A stretch of 64,000 bases of DNA from the human T2T-CHM13v2.0 reference genome, Homo sapiens: assembly GCF_009914755.1 (NCBI RefSeq), contig NC_060931.1. One strand, given 5' to 3'. Positions 14,291-32,509 of the stretch are shown here, in pieces. A program made the translations under genes and the position numbers. The first letter of the stretch is position 1. Each line of letters opens with the position of its first letter. Below the pieces are notes generated by a model. It was not told the origin of the DNA. It ran no database searches and was given only the letters and a program-made list of their open reading frames with translations.

Positions 14291-14617
14291 GGGGTAATGG
14301 TCTCCCACTTTAAAATTATTACAAAGTCACTTAGGATATTTCTGCTAAGGTCATCACCATTTATGAGTTGCTTCAGATAAAAGTTATAATTAATAACAAA
14401 GTTTTTTTAGCAATTTGCCCAATGTTTTATATGTCATCTAATTTGAGCCCCCAGCAAGCTTGTGTGATGGATATTAATACTCTTAACTTAGCGAAAGACA
14501 CAATTTGCATTCGGGGCCAATGCCTTCAACTTTGCCATGCCTTAACTGGGTTTTAAAGAGGTATATTGCAGTCTCAATTTATGTTTGTTGCTTGGCTAAG
14601 TTTACCTTCAGGACTCC

Positions 14618-15555
14618 TATATTAGGGTTCTCCAGAGAAACAAAACCAATAGGAGATAGTTGGAGATAGACAGATAGATAGATGATAGATGATAGATAGA
14701 TAGATGATAGATAGATAGATAGATAGACAGATGATAGATAGATAGATGATAGATAGATGATAGATACATAGATAGATAGAATAGAGATGATAAAGATAGA
14801 GAGATGAAGATAGAGATAGAGATGGACATGGAGATGGAGATAGAGAGATGAAAATATATATATAGAGAGAGAGATGGAGATAGAGATATATAGGGACAGA
14901 TAGACACAGAGATAGAGATAGAGATAGATGGAGATAGAGATAGAGATATATAGAGACAGATAGAAATAGAGATATATAGAGATGGAGCTACAGATAGAGA
15001 TAGATGGAGATGATGAGAAAGAGGTAGATGGAGGGATAAAGATATAGATGGAGATGACAGGGGTAGAGATAGAGATAGATGGAGATGATAGAGATACAGA
15101 GCAAGAGCTTTATTACAAGGAACTGGCTTACACGATTATGGAGGCTGACAAGTTCCCAAATCTGCAGGGTGAGTCAGCAAGCTGGGAACCCAGGAGAGCT
15201 GATGATGTAGTTCCAGTCCAACATCAGCAGGCTCAAGAGCCAGGAAAAGCTGCTATTTTAGACCAAGTCCAAAGGCAGGAAAAAAATTCAATGTTCCAGT
15301 TTGAAGGCAGTCAAGCAGAAGGAATTCTCTCTTAGTTGGTGGTCAGGGTCAGGGTCAGCTTATTCTATGCAAGCCTTCAACTGATTAGATGAGGCCCACC
15401 CAGATTAGGGAGGGCAATCTGCCTTACTCCGTCTATCAGTTTAAATGTTAATCTTATCCAAAAGCACTCTCAAAGAAACGTTCAGAATAATATGTGACCA
15501 AACATATGGACACCCCATGACCCAGTCAAGTTGACACAAAAAGTCAATCATCACA
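14618..15555 (-). mobile_element. ERVL LTR (MLT2A/B-like)
   Basis: Starts tatattagggttctccagagaaacaaaaccaatagga; ends cccagtcaagttgacacaaaaagtcaatcatcaca. Confidence 0.85.
14663..15093 (+). repeat. (GATA)n grading into (GAGATA)n / GATGGA microsatellite inside the MLT2 LTR
   Basis: Direct reading of the sequence. Confidence 0.95.
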
Positions 15556-15645
15556 GCTTCCAGTTCCATCTACAAAAATAACTATATGGCTTTGGACAAC
15601 TTTTATTCCATATTGGTAATAAATAGCTTCATACATCACACATTT

Positions 15646-15745
15646 AGCCTGTAGTCCTAGCAGTTTGGAAGCCCGAGGCTGAGACTGGGGGATCAATTGA
15701 GGCCAGGAGTTCAGACCAGCCTTGACAACGTAGTGAGACCATCAG
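15646..15745 (+). mobile_element. Alu left-arm monomer (FLAM-like)
   Basis: gcctgtagtcctagca...gaggccaggagttcagaccagccttgacaacgtagtgagacc then an A-rich tail. Confidence 0.8.
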
Positions 15746-16089
15746 AAAAAAGAAAAGAAAGGAAAGGAAAGAAAGGAAAGGAAGAAAGAAAGAAAGAAAA
15801 AGAAAGAAAGAAAAGAAAGAAAGAAAGAAAGGAAGAAAGAAAGAGAGAAAGAAAGAAAGAAAAAGAAAGAAAGAAAAGAGAGAAAGAAAGAGGAAGGAAG
15901 AGGAAGGAAGAGAAAGAGGAAGGAAGGAAGAGGAAGGAAGAGAAAGAAAGAGGAAGGAAGAGGAAGGAAGAGAAAGAGGAAGGAAGGAAGAGGAAGGAAG
16001 AGAAAGAAAGAGGAAGGAAGGAAGGAAGGAAGGAAGGAAGGAAGGAAGGAAGGAAGGAAGGAAGGAAGGAAAGAAGGAAGGAAGGAAGG
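15746..16089 (+). repeat. Polypurine microsatellite including (GGAA)15
   Basis: 15 consecutive GGAA at 16012-16071; whole tract is A/G only. Confidence 0.97.
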
Positions 16090-16199
16090 TAGGTCTCATA
16101 CCTTCCCTGATGTGGGTGCTAATGGTCAAGCATTCTATGTTTTAATTTATAATCCATATTTTTAACATTGGGTGGAGGGGAGAAGTAAAGAGAGACACT

Positions 16200-16930
16200 C
16201 TTAACACAGAAGGCTGTAATCATAAAATAAAAAGGTCATGGCAATAAACACACAAAATATCAAACTTCTATATGTCAAAAACAGTAGAAACAAATACAAA
16301 CAAATGATAAAGACTGATAACAGAAAGCATTTGAATGCATAGCATTATAATATACCTAAAAATAAAAAGAGCTTTCATAAATTAAGAAAAAGATGAATAA
16401 TAAGCCAAGATAGTTCACAAAAAGAAGTACACAACAATTATGCAAAAACTTATACTCATTAGTAAAGAAGTAGTAAGAGTTAAAGCAATGAGACATCATT
16501 TTCACTTAAGTCTGCAGAGACGGTAAACAAAAGTAATGTCCATGCTGGTGAAGATGCAGGCGAGTGGGCACACTCATTTATTGCATCTGTGAGGGTAACT
16601 GGTATAAACCATTTGGAAGACAATTAAATGTACACATGATATATCCCGCAATTCCTCTTACTAAATAAAAATAATAGAGGCAATACCAAGGTTCATCATC
16701 ATAAATGTTCATCATTTTATTGTCAATAGCATAATATATTGGAAACAACATAAATATTAAAACAACCGAATTGGTTAAATAAATTATGGCATATGCATTT
16801 AACAGACTTCTATTAGCTTTTAAATATTGGATGGAATAGAATATTTAATGACATGGAAATATGTTCATAGCATGATGTTAACTTAAATAGTAAAATTTAA
16901 AAATCGTGTGTAGGATATACTGCTACTTTT
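16200..16930 (+). mobile_element. Old L1 (L1M) 3' fragment
   Basis: A-rich diverged ORF2-end/3' UTR motifs (aaccatttggaagacaatt, gcaattcctct, ttggaaacaac, ggttaaataaattatggcat). Confidence 0.65.
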
Positions 16931-17334
16931 TGTTTAAAAGTTGGGTGTGAGTGGATTTAAAGAATTGTGTCATTTCTGAGCTCCTGTCAGATACTTTACA
17001 GACATTATTGCAAATTTATACAAGATTTCAAAATAGATATTGATGGTCCCATTTTACAAATAAGGTTTAAAGGGTTTTAGAAAGTCACCCATTCACCATC
17101 ACTAATAAGTTTTGGAGCTATTGTCTAATCCAGGGGTGTCTGTCCTCAAAGCTCTGTTCCTTACATTCATCTATCCTCCTGCTCTGTGCGGTTTCTGAGC
17201 CCTAAGCCTTTCTCCTCTTCATGAAGCTTCCTGTTCCCACTGGCTTGCAGAATTATTTCATCCACTCTGAAATGTATAATAAGCAAGTAATGTGAGCAGA
17301 ACTGGAGTAAATATTAGCAGAAGTTAAGTAATAG

Positions 17335-17570
17335 TTAAAACTTGTATTCAACTTCGTATGTCAAGTGTATCCTTTATAAATGTATTAGTTTATGTAATAT
17401 TTGCAATAACCCTATATGGTATGTATTATCATTATCATTCCAATTTTACAGAGTAAGAAATCGAGGCACAGAAGAGTCAAATAACTCGCTCAGAGTCACA
17501 CAGCTAGTAACTAAGTCAGGATTATGAACCCATGGAGTCTGGCTCCAGAATCTAGGAGCTTAACTATGGC
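17335..17570 (-). mobile_element. MIR SINE
   Basis: ttttacagagtaagaaatcgaggcacaga...gtcacacagctagtaa...gtctggctccaga. Confidence 0.75.
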
Positions 17571-18582
17571 ACCAAATCATATAGTTAGAGGGAATCCCGC
17601 AAAACAGAAAGCAAGTTGTGTCTCTACTGAGAACAAGTAATGGTCAACAATATGGGAGACAATTAAAATGCAAATTAAAACATTTTAAGTCTAAAATATA
17701 AAATTAAAACTGCTCCCAAAAATTTAACAAAATCTTTTATTTAAGCATTTACATATAAGTTTTTACGACATAAAAAATGTTTCATAATAGGATATATTCA
17801 GTCACATTTTAGTTTAGTGACTTTCAAGACCATAAAATGACTAAGTGATAAGTTGATGTACAGACTGCAAGACAGAGATTTTAATGATGGAAAGAAACAC
17901 ACTTTTTGAAATAAACTCTAATATTTATATTATTTGACAAATATTAAATAATCTCCATGGACTCAGATTAGGTTCTATCAAGTAACTGATAGAACCATTT
18001 TACCATTAAGATTCAAGATTTTTTTTCTTTAGGACTCTCCATTCATTTATTTGACTTTCATATTCATTCTCAGATCTGCCAGTTGCTTTAGTAATAATGA
18101 ATCTCAAGACGTTGTGCATTACTCAACTTACCATCAATGCAAACTCTCTCCACTTCCCCAATGCACACCAATCCTACTAATACTTGCTCTCATCTTATTT
18201 TTCTCTTTCACTAAAATGGATGATTCCCTACTCTGAGCAAAAGCCATTCCCATCACATGCGCTCTGAATCTCATCCTTTCTTATTTTCACAAGATCTTTG
18301 CTCCATTTGTCATCTTGTTTAACTCTTTTACTATCTATCTCTCCCTTTGCTCTGAATTGCTCTCATTACCCTCCAAACATCGCGTATAACTTTATAATTT
18401 TAAAAAAACACATTCCCTCCCTTAACCTTGTAACCTCCTCCAACCATCAATATTTTTTCTCCTTTCTTTTACAGCCAAAATTAACAAAAGAATTATTTAT
18501 ATACATTGTCTAAACACTATTAAATTACCCTACCTATAATTATACTTTTAAGCCAAAGAGGTTTTGGGGTTTTTGGGTTTGT

Positions 18583-18705
18583 TTTTTTTTTTTCTGAGTC
18601 TTGATAAGTTGCCCCATCTGGTCTTGAACACAGGGGCTCAAGCAATCCACTCACCTCAGCCTCCTGAGAAGCTGAAGCTACAGGCACATACAACGGCGCC
18701 CAGCT
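18583..18705 (-). mobile_element. Alu monomer (FLAM-like)
   Basis: Poly-T then gtcttg...ggctcaagcaatccactcacctcagcctcctgag...gcgcccagc. Confidence 0.75.
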
Positions 18706-18809
18706 GAACAGGTTTTTTAAACAATTTTTATTTCTGGTACCCAGACGTAAGCATAGGCATGCTCAATAGTTAATGTCATCATTGGTCCATGAGGGGCTCT
18801 CTTCTATTT

Positions 18810-22850
<4,041 letters not shown>

Positions 22851-22899
22851 CTGCTCCCAGGGGTGTTCGTCATCCAGTTTGTTATTCTGCTTTTGAGAT

Positions 22900-23915
22900 C
22901 GTTTACTCCTCAGATGTCCTCTACCCAACCCATAAATGAAGAAATAGCCCAAGGCTCCATCCTAAGCCCTCTTCTTGTCTCTCTGTGCATGTTCTCTCCA
23001 GATTCTCTCATCTTCCGTGGCTGTCTCATAGATAAAAACTGTATTACTCATGCTTCCTCCACCCTGCCAAATATTCTACATCATTTTTAATTGTTCAATC
23101 ATCCACATAGCTACCCAAGCTTAAAACCTATGAGTCCCCAGAGACTTTTCTTTTCCTCAAGACCTATAGCCAATTCATTACCAGATTCTATCAGTTCCTT
23201 CTTCAAAATATATCTTGCTTTTGCACCCCTGCCTCGATTCCACTGCCACAACCTCAGTATGAGCAGCCATAATTTAAATCCTGGTCTACTTTAGGCAGTC
23301 TACCTGTTTCCACCCTTAACCCCACCCAACTCATTTGGCCACTTTGCTCTACAGCAACACATATTTTCACAGAGGTACACACACATACACACACACAGAA
23401 CTTAAAATCCTCTAGTATTTTCTCACTGCATTCAGTAAAATGCATTCATAAAATCACATCTCTTTACCAAGGCCTACAAAGTTATCTGATTCAGCTCCTG
23501 CCTATCTCTCCAATCTAATTGCATACCACAACCTCCTCATGATCTGTGCTCTAGACACACTGATGTTCCTTCAGTCCCAAGAACATGCTATGGTCCCTCT
23601 CAAAGTCAGAGGACTTTGCACAGCTGCTCCTTCTGACCAAGATGATCTTACACCATTCTCTCTACTTTGCTACCTCCTTCTCATTCTTTAGGTCTCAGCC
23701 TCAATGTCAACCCTCAGAGAGGTCTCCCATGTCTTCCCTAAGTGAAGCAAGTCCTTTTATCTTAATCTCTATCTTAGCTTCTTGCCTACTTCCTTCACAG
23801 TACATACCATATTGAGTAATTAACTGTTCACAGTGTTTAGTTTTTCACCACTTTTAGGATTTAAACTCCATGAGGCAGAGATTTTACCATGAGAGCAATT
23901 AATATTTGTTGGATG
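22900..23915 (-). mobile_element. L2 LINE fragment
   Basis: ccaaggctccatcctaagccctcttct, aggactttgcacagctgctccttctg, aaactccatgaggcagaga, aatatttgttggatgaatg. Confidence 0.7.
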
Positions 23916-26533
23916 AATGGTCAGACCATCCTGGAGACTATGAATGCATGAGGTGCCAAATTTCTGCAGTGCCACTAATAATGCCATGAAGAAAATCACC
24001 CAACCCACTCTGAAATAAATTACAGCATTATTAACAACATGCTTGCCATTTATTTTTCTTTTTAGACTTTATTTCTCCATGATTTTGTTCTCCAACAAAA
24101 CATCCTCTAAGGTACCCATTTGAACTTTTTTTAATGTCAAAACATGAGTCTCTCTAATGAAAATTTTAGCAAGGACTACCATGGATGTTTGATATACATA
24201 TTTTTCTTACTTGAATAATAGCAACCACATGTTGATACAGCTATTAAGGAAAAAGAAGTTTTTCCAGCAGCTGTTGACTTCATCAATTCCTCTCTGCAAT
24301 GAGTCACTCAAACTTCCACAGAGCTAGAAAAGAAAAAAAAAAAAAGAAAGTTGCAAGTAAGGAAGTAGGGATTTTTTTATTGTGATGAGAGAGGAGTGGG
24401 AAGAGTTAGACAGGGAGAAAGTGAATAAAATCAACTAGAATGAGAGATTTGATTCCATAGAAAGTTGAGTAATTTGCGTGTCAAAAAGATAAAACTATAC
24501 ACTTGCCTAGTACTTTAACAACACAACTGAAAAGCATGTGGAAACTGGCATAAAAGGTGGGGTATTTGCAACGAGAAAAATGCAGTCATTTTTTTAAAAA
24601 AGCAACAGCTGCCAGTTTGAGCCACTCTACAAATGGCCAAGAAAGAAACCTACTCCTCTCCTTCAGTTGTATTAATATAATGCCAACCATTAATGAGATA
24701 ATAACTATCCCAGGCAACAGTCAACGTCTTTTTGAGAGGATGTTTCTTAAATTCCCCATCACATTGCACAACCTCTTGGAAAAGGTGAGATTTAATTACC
24801 TGCCAACTCTGAGACAGAAAGTTCTGTTGACTGTATGACACAAGTAAGCACTCAGTAAAGTACATAGCACAATATGCACTTTGATTAATATAAATTGGCT
24901 TCAGAGTGACTTTGCATTTTTACAGTGATTGTGTTGTTTGTCTCGTTGCCTTTCATATTGCCTGCTAAATAATAATAGCCTTTATTTATTGAGCACATAC
25001 CACATACAAGAGAATGTGCTAAGCATTTTGCAAATATTACTGACAACAGCCCTATGTGCTATGTATTATTATCTAGGTCAAGTAGATACTATTGCTCTGT
25101 TTTAGAGATCAAGAAATAGAAGTTTAGAATGGTTAAATAACCAACTCCAGGTTGCCCAATGAGTTTAATACCCACGACTATTAGCTTCAAAGCTATTCTT
25201 ATAGAGAAACTCACTATGTGCTTGGGAGAAAGCGCGTGTGACACCATTTGACAGTATTACAATAGCATTGTGTGTCATCAATGGGAAAAAAAGAAGAGTG
25301 AATGATTAAAAGCCATGCAAATAATGTATTCTCTAGTCTAAGTTTCTGTTAATAATTGTTCATGTTACTGCTTCAACAGGCATTTATGGAGCAACTATTT
25401 GGTATCACAGGGATTAAAAAGATAAGCAAGACAAAGGTCTTTGTCTTCATGGAAGCTCAGTGAAGCCCCTACAAAGGCAACTCCAAGATGAAATTAATAT
25501 TTTGCTCTTTTTCTGTTGAGAAAATAACTTTTTGTAAAATAAAAATTATTGACAATCAATTGTACAGTTTAATACAGTGGCTTTAAAACTGTACCTTATT
25601 GAATCCCGAGGTATTGACCAGCTCCCCTAAGATAACAGAGGTGGATTAGGGACAGAGGTCTGTGAAATGGTGTCTACCACTTTCCCTCAAACACACAAGT
25701 TCTGTTTTAATTTCTTTTCATGTTAATTTTCAGCATAACATTTTGTTTGACTAAGCAGTTCTATCACAAAGAAAATTTGAAAACCTTTGATTGACTTGGT
25801 GAAATAAATACATACTTTATACCAACTTAGATCTTAAATGAAATGTTGATGCTTGCTTTTGTAATTATCACTAAAATGTGTTCTAATAATAACTTTTGAA
25901 GATGCAGGCTTCACAGAGCAGATGACCAAACAGAAAATATCTATCAGAAACATGAGTAAATACCAATTAAAATATATGATAGCCTTGTAAACTCTCACAC
26001 TCTTGGTCCAACAGAAATGAAAAATTACTTGAGTGGGATGAGTAGGAAAAAAAGTGGTAGTGTCATTCAATTCCAGAGGAAGAGATGAATTTAATGGTGA
26101 GGTTACTGGCATTGGGACTAATATCAGGGATGATGTCTAATATTACTCAATCACATTCAAGTAAAATATCAGCCTTTGGTATCTTCATTGGACCAGAACA
26201 GTTTCTTTAGATCTTCTTATTTCTCTTTCAAGCTTCAACCTTAAATAATAGGCCATTGTGTAGCAGAAAAAACTTTAAACTTAGAAGTAGAAATCTATAA
26301 TCAAATCCTCAGCCAACTTAAAAACAGTTGTGTGACCTTGGATAAGTCCCATAGCCGGACTGCATTCTCTAAACCAGCAGCTATAACGTTTCCTACCTCA
26401 TTAGAGTGTGGTGTGAATGAAAATGTGAAGAATGCCTAAAACAGAGTCAGGCCTTGAATGCATTAGAAAGTTTCAGGCAGCCACTCATTCCATCACCCTG
26501 TCTCACTCTTTCTAGTGACCCAGGGTCACTTAC

Positions 26534-26837
26534 CTGTTTTTCTTAATACACCCCAAGTCTTTCTCTTGCCTCTCTTTGTAGACCAGAATTATTCTTGTGT
26601 TCATCAATATGGATTGAGTCAAAAATTTTCAAGATCTACCTGACTTATTACTTCAAGGATCCATCATCCTCTGGCTTCCATTTTTTTGTATTTCTATAGG
26701 CATGGATTCAAAGGGGATATCTGACTGGCTCAGGCTAGATCCAGATGAACTCCTCCTACATTTGTTGTCCATCCTGGTCCAATCAGTGGCAGCTAAGGGA
26801 GCTCAGTCACTTGTTTGAAGTTTGCCCAGTCAAGGGG
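26534..26837 (-). ncRNA. Candidate exon of an antisense lncRNA (possibly COMETT/LINC01510)
   Basis: Minus-strand acceptor attaacttcctcttccttccacAG and consensus donor CAG/GTAAGT; no transcript data seen. Confidence 0.4.
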
Positions 26838-28269
26838 CTGTGGAAGGAAGAGGAAGTTAATCTGAGACAGGATTGTGACAGGCAGACCAATAAACATGTC
26901 TGTTTACAATCTAAATATTCATAAAATTCCAATCCCCCAAATTCTCCCACATATGTATGCTCTTGTATTCCCCTGAGATAGGAAGGGAGGCATGCTCATA
27001 ACCCCATTTTACAGATGGGAAGAATAAAGTGCCAGGAATACTGGTCCCTCCATTAGGGTCACTTAATGAGCCACTGGTGAAACAAGAAATAAATCCGAAT
27101 TGAGAGCTTAGACTGCCTGGTCTCCTGTTAACAATTAAGACTGCAAAAATTTCAAACCATATCGCATGCACAATAAATACTGCATCTGAATCAATTGTAG
27201 AGACAAAGACAGAGGCACAGGGAGAAGACAGATCTATCCAAGGTCACTCAAGTGAGGAAATAAACCAGCTTAAAATAGACTTCTGTCTCAGCAGCATTGT
27301 GCTTTCACTCCTGGGCAACTTCCTGCCTATACAGCAACATTAATGCCAGCAAGGAAGGAACCTGAGGGTTAAATCCTTGGCCCCAGCCCCAGATAGCAAT
27401 ACAGAACCCCACCCCCGTAATTCAGTCAATAAATAGATGTCCCTTTCATACAAGTTTCAGAAAACACAGTTAATATACAACCACTACTCACAAATTAAAT
27501 AAGTTATCTTACTGTAAAGGATATAACTATTTTATTATCTTTGCAATTAAAATGAAATATGCTAAAGGTAGAAGCAATACAAAACAGCTGCTGCCAGAAG
27601 TTTCAATAAAAGATCACTACTGGGCACCCTTATAACTGTGGGACCATTAGGAGATTTAAATGTCTTCTTCACTTTGCCCATGGTAGGGAGTGAGGCTGCA
27701 CTGAGAAACATCACTGGCATGAGGTCTAATTGCCTGCCCTATGATTAATGTTGCCAAGTGAATTCAGAAGTTGTCACAGTTCTCATCCTATGGTCCAGGC
27801 TCATTTATAAAATAGAGCAAAGGGAGCCCAGTGCTTTGAGAATGCCAATGCAAAATTATAATAATTACTTATTACATGATACAGTTGTTAAAGTATTTTC
27901 TGTGTTGTTCAAAAAAAAAAAAAACAAGGCATGTACATTGGTAGAGAAGGCAGAAGAAATACTTATGACTGTGTTTTCCTCTTGTAACTTTCCCAGGCAG
28001 AATTACTCTGGTCCCTAAGGCCTTGAGGCACTTTTTTCTTATCTCCACTGAACTGTAAACTACTGGGGTTCAGAGACCAATTTTTAGCTTTCATTGTATC
28101 TATAGGATTTAGCATAGTGACTGGCATAATAAAAATCTGCTAAACTAAAACTGATACCCTGTTATAGAATTTCCATGATGTATTCTAAGTTCTGTCATAG
28201 GCATGCAATAATTGTAAGTTCTCAAAATGGAGGGACCAAGTCTAGTCCTTTGTATCTTTATAACTCTGC

Positions 28270-28795
<526 letters not shown>

Positions 28796-31700
28796 GAGTA
28801 GCACTGGAATCTAGGCTGATGTGTGGCTTTCAGTAGTTGCTATTTTAATGTTTATGAATGAATAAATGAATGAATGACTACACATACCTAATCCCTCCAC
28901 AAACCTACTTCCCGCCAAACTGCTTTCAGCTGCAGAGTGCTGCAAGCATGCAATATTTACTTGGCCAAGTTGAGTTTAAATAGGTAGTCTACAGGAAAAG
29001 CAATTCGGTCATTCATTGGATATTGTGAGGAAAGTCTTTTATGGCTAACTTGAAAGATGTACTTCAAAGTAACCACTTAAGATTAAGTCATCTATAAGCC
29101 ATATTTTCACTCCACATCTTACTGCTTAGGGCAGAGTAGTCAAGTGGAAAACCAATGGACTTGGGTACTAGCTACACTCAACTGTCTACTAACTGATTGG
29201 CTTTGAGGTTCAATTAACATGCAAAGTGCTTGACTTTTCTTAGTGGCAAAATGGGGAAATCCTATGTGCCATGCCTCCTTACCAGGATGTTGTCAAAAGC
29301 AAATGAGATAACTGGCATGAAAACATCTAATGCTAAGCAAATACAGATTATTATTAAAATACGTTACTTCAAATTATTTTAAATAACTATTATCATAGTA
29401 ATGGTGCTGTTATTAACAAATAATTGAATATATGTTTTCTTGCACAGTTAAAGACATACACGTGCCCAAAAAATTATTTTCTTCCACTCTAAGAAGATTT
29501 CCATTTTTTCTCTCTGCCACTTCATATCTCAGAAGGTCATATCTCGCTTACTGGGCAGTTTCCAGTGACAATTCTACAACGATTCCTCTCACCTATCTCA
29601 CTGAATGTGGCTGTCAGCATAAGTAGGTTACATTGTAGGGACTGTGTTTGTAGCTAGTGTTGGCATGTTATTTTTCCAGCCACCACTCCAAGGAGAAGAA
29701 TTCACATTGTGTTTCTAAATCACTTCCTGAAGAGTGATTATATGGGATTCTTTCAGAAATAGAAGGAATGGAAAAAGCAAGACCAGAAAGTAATTTGGAG
29801 AGCATCCAAGATTGATAAGACACCAAAGTAGGGGGACTCCACAGCACTAGGAGCCTGTGCTCTGATCCCTTCCAGCGCCCTAAGATGTGATGGGATCTCA
29901 GCAAGAAACAGCCACCTAGTGTTCCTAAAGAGGCTGGAACATGAGCACTGGGCTCCTAGACTTGGCAATAACCCTAGTGCCCCACAATGGCAGCACCAGC
30001 AAAGCCTCCATCCTTAAAGAATAGTACAGCTTTGAACACTGAGCATGTCAGCTATGATCTTTGGGGATCAAATAACAGGGCATTCACATGGCACCAAGAG
30101 GAGAACCATCCAGACAAAGCTTGACCTTCGCACCAGTGAGGCCGATTGGAGGCTTGGAGCATATTAAATTTATTTAGAGAAAGGAAAGAAATGTAATATT
30201 ACTCACATCCTGTGTTTGAAAGAAAAATCATCCTGCCCACTTAATAACTGTGCAGGGCTGCCTTCCATGCCACATTTTTTACACAGACCATAGGGAGGTC
30301 TGTGTGACTTTGTGACTCACCCTTTATCACAGCCCCCACCCCCATAGAACTGCGAGGGCTGAGTAGGAGACAAGTCCAGTTACACTCACAGGGTTGTGTT
30401 CAAAAACCAGTGTTTCTCCTTAACTAACCCTCAAGCAATTACCTCAGATCAAGTGAATAGACCTGACTTAAGCAAATTTGGCTGTTCACGAGTTTTAAGT
30501 TACTCTGGCAGATATTGATCACCACCAGCAGCTAGGAACAGGTGAGAACTATAATCCTCCTCCCCAACAATCTCATTACTGGGTGATGAGTTATATTGAA
30601 AGCACATTTGACCAAAGATGCCACATGTTCAAATACTCAAATCAACTAGCTAACCTGACACAATAAGAGCAGTGAAATCCCAGGCAACAGCATGCGCGAA
30701 ACGGCCACTCAAAGCAGATGTATCAGTATTCTGGTGAAAGTTTCAGCTAAACTTCTGATCAGAAGTTGAGCCACAGGATTCTCTGTTGAGCTATTGAATG
30801 AAGCCCTGGTCCGAGAAGAGCCCTATGAAGAGGGTAGGCTGTGGAGCTCTCTCCAGATTCTTACTCCCTGTTGTTTACAGAAGGAAGGAATTGCTTACAT
30901 AATATTTCCAGCATATTCACATATCTTAATCACCACTCGTTTCATCCATGGAAACTTATTTTAGCATCCCCTATGCTAACTAACAGGCTTTTTTGTGTTC
31001 ATTGGAGATAAAGCTATAATAGGACAGCTGATTAGGGTCGTTCAAATGCTGGCTGAGGATCCCTAAGTATGAATTCCCTAGCCGACTATTTCACAAGTTA
31101 ACTATCCACCGCTAAGACGTCCTCCAAAACACAAACACACATTTCTTTATTAGTGTTAGAGGATATGAAATAATTTACTTGAAAATACAATAATACTGTT
31201 TTCTCTTCAGAAGAGTTCTCCCCCAGATGGCCAAGAGGTTTGAACTCTTGCCTTTTGTCAGATATAGGGCTGAACCTTAGAGTCCAGTGTATTCCTTCAT
31301 TGTCTTTCCTCTAAGTCTGCCAAACAAATAAGGCTCTGGTGAACCCATAGAGCCAGCTACAGATAACCACACATGTGTGAAATTGTAGTGCGCACACCGC
31401 TTATGCGTAGCCTGCTCCTGGTCTTCCCAGACTACCAAAACATACGTGAGCCATTCTTAACAGCAAGTGCAAACCCCGGAGTGCTGTTTCAAACCTTCAA
31501 GATCCTCCCATCTTCTAATTACCTCATTGCTCCATTTGACCCCACAGCATTTCTACTCCCTGGAATGGGGACACCTGGAGAAATCCACACATGAGGCCTA
31601 AACATCCTAGTACCCGCAATGTATCGATTTTTTTCTTTCTTCTAGAAGCAGAGGATGGTAATAAATTGTGTTGCTAACAACAAAGGTCACTGCATAGCTA

Positions 31701-31857
31701 TCAGCCCTATGCAGTGATAGCTGTGAAGGACAACAAATAATAGTTTTGCAAATCTCCTCTTTGAACATTCTTTCCTTAAGAATCCTGTTTGGCGGACCTG
31801 TTGTGAAATATGTGTCTCCTTCATCTAGTGTTGCTCAAACTGTGAGTGCTGACCTAG

Positions 31858-32211
31858 TGTCTTAGTCTGTTTGAACTACTATAACAAAAATATCACAAGC
31901 TGGTTGGCTTATAAACAGCAGACCTTCATTGCTCACAGCTCTGGAGGCTGGGAAGTCCAAGATCAAGGCACCAGCAGATTCAGTGTCTGGCGATGGGCCT
32001 CTTCATAGAAGGTGGTCTTTCTGCTGTGTCCTCATGTGGTAGGAAGGGGTACAAGAAAGGCCTTTTTTATAAGGACACTAATCCCATTCAGGAGAGTTCT
32101 ACCCTCATGACTAATCTTCTCACAAAGTGCCCACCTCCTAATATCATCACCTTGGGGGTTAGGAGTTCAACATATGAATCTGAGGGGGACACAAACATTT
32201 TGACCATAGCA
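31858..32211 (-). mobile_element. MaLR solo LTR (MLT1A-like)
   Basis: tgtcttagtc...gaagtccaagatcaaggcaccagcagattc...ccatagca; TG..CA ends, flanks cctag/cctat. Confidence 0.85.
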
Positions 32212-32509
32212 CCTATTCTAGAATTGTGAAATTGGCTTTCATTTATTAACAAAAATATAACTGAATAGAATGGAAAAGAATAAAAGAGAAGAGAGGAGAA
32301 AGAAACATATAGATCACAGAGAGCAAGGGTAATCAGATGAGTTTAATAAGACATTTCATGTTTATGAGAGTATGTATACTGAGTTGCAATGTAAAGCATA
32401 TTTCTTAGTAAAAAATAATATTTGAAAAATATATAAACCACTACCACAATTTATTTGGAGATAAATTTTCTTTGGATCTCAAATAAAGTAAAAGAAAGTT
32501 CTAATGCAA

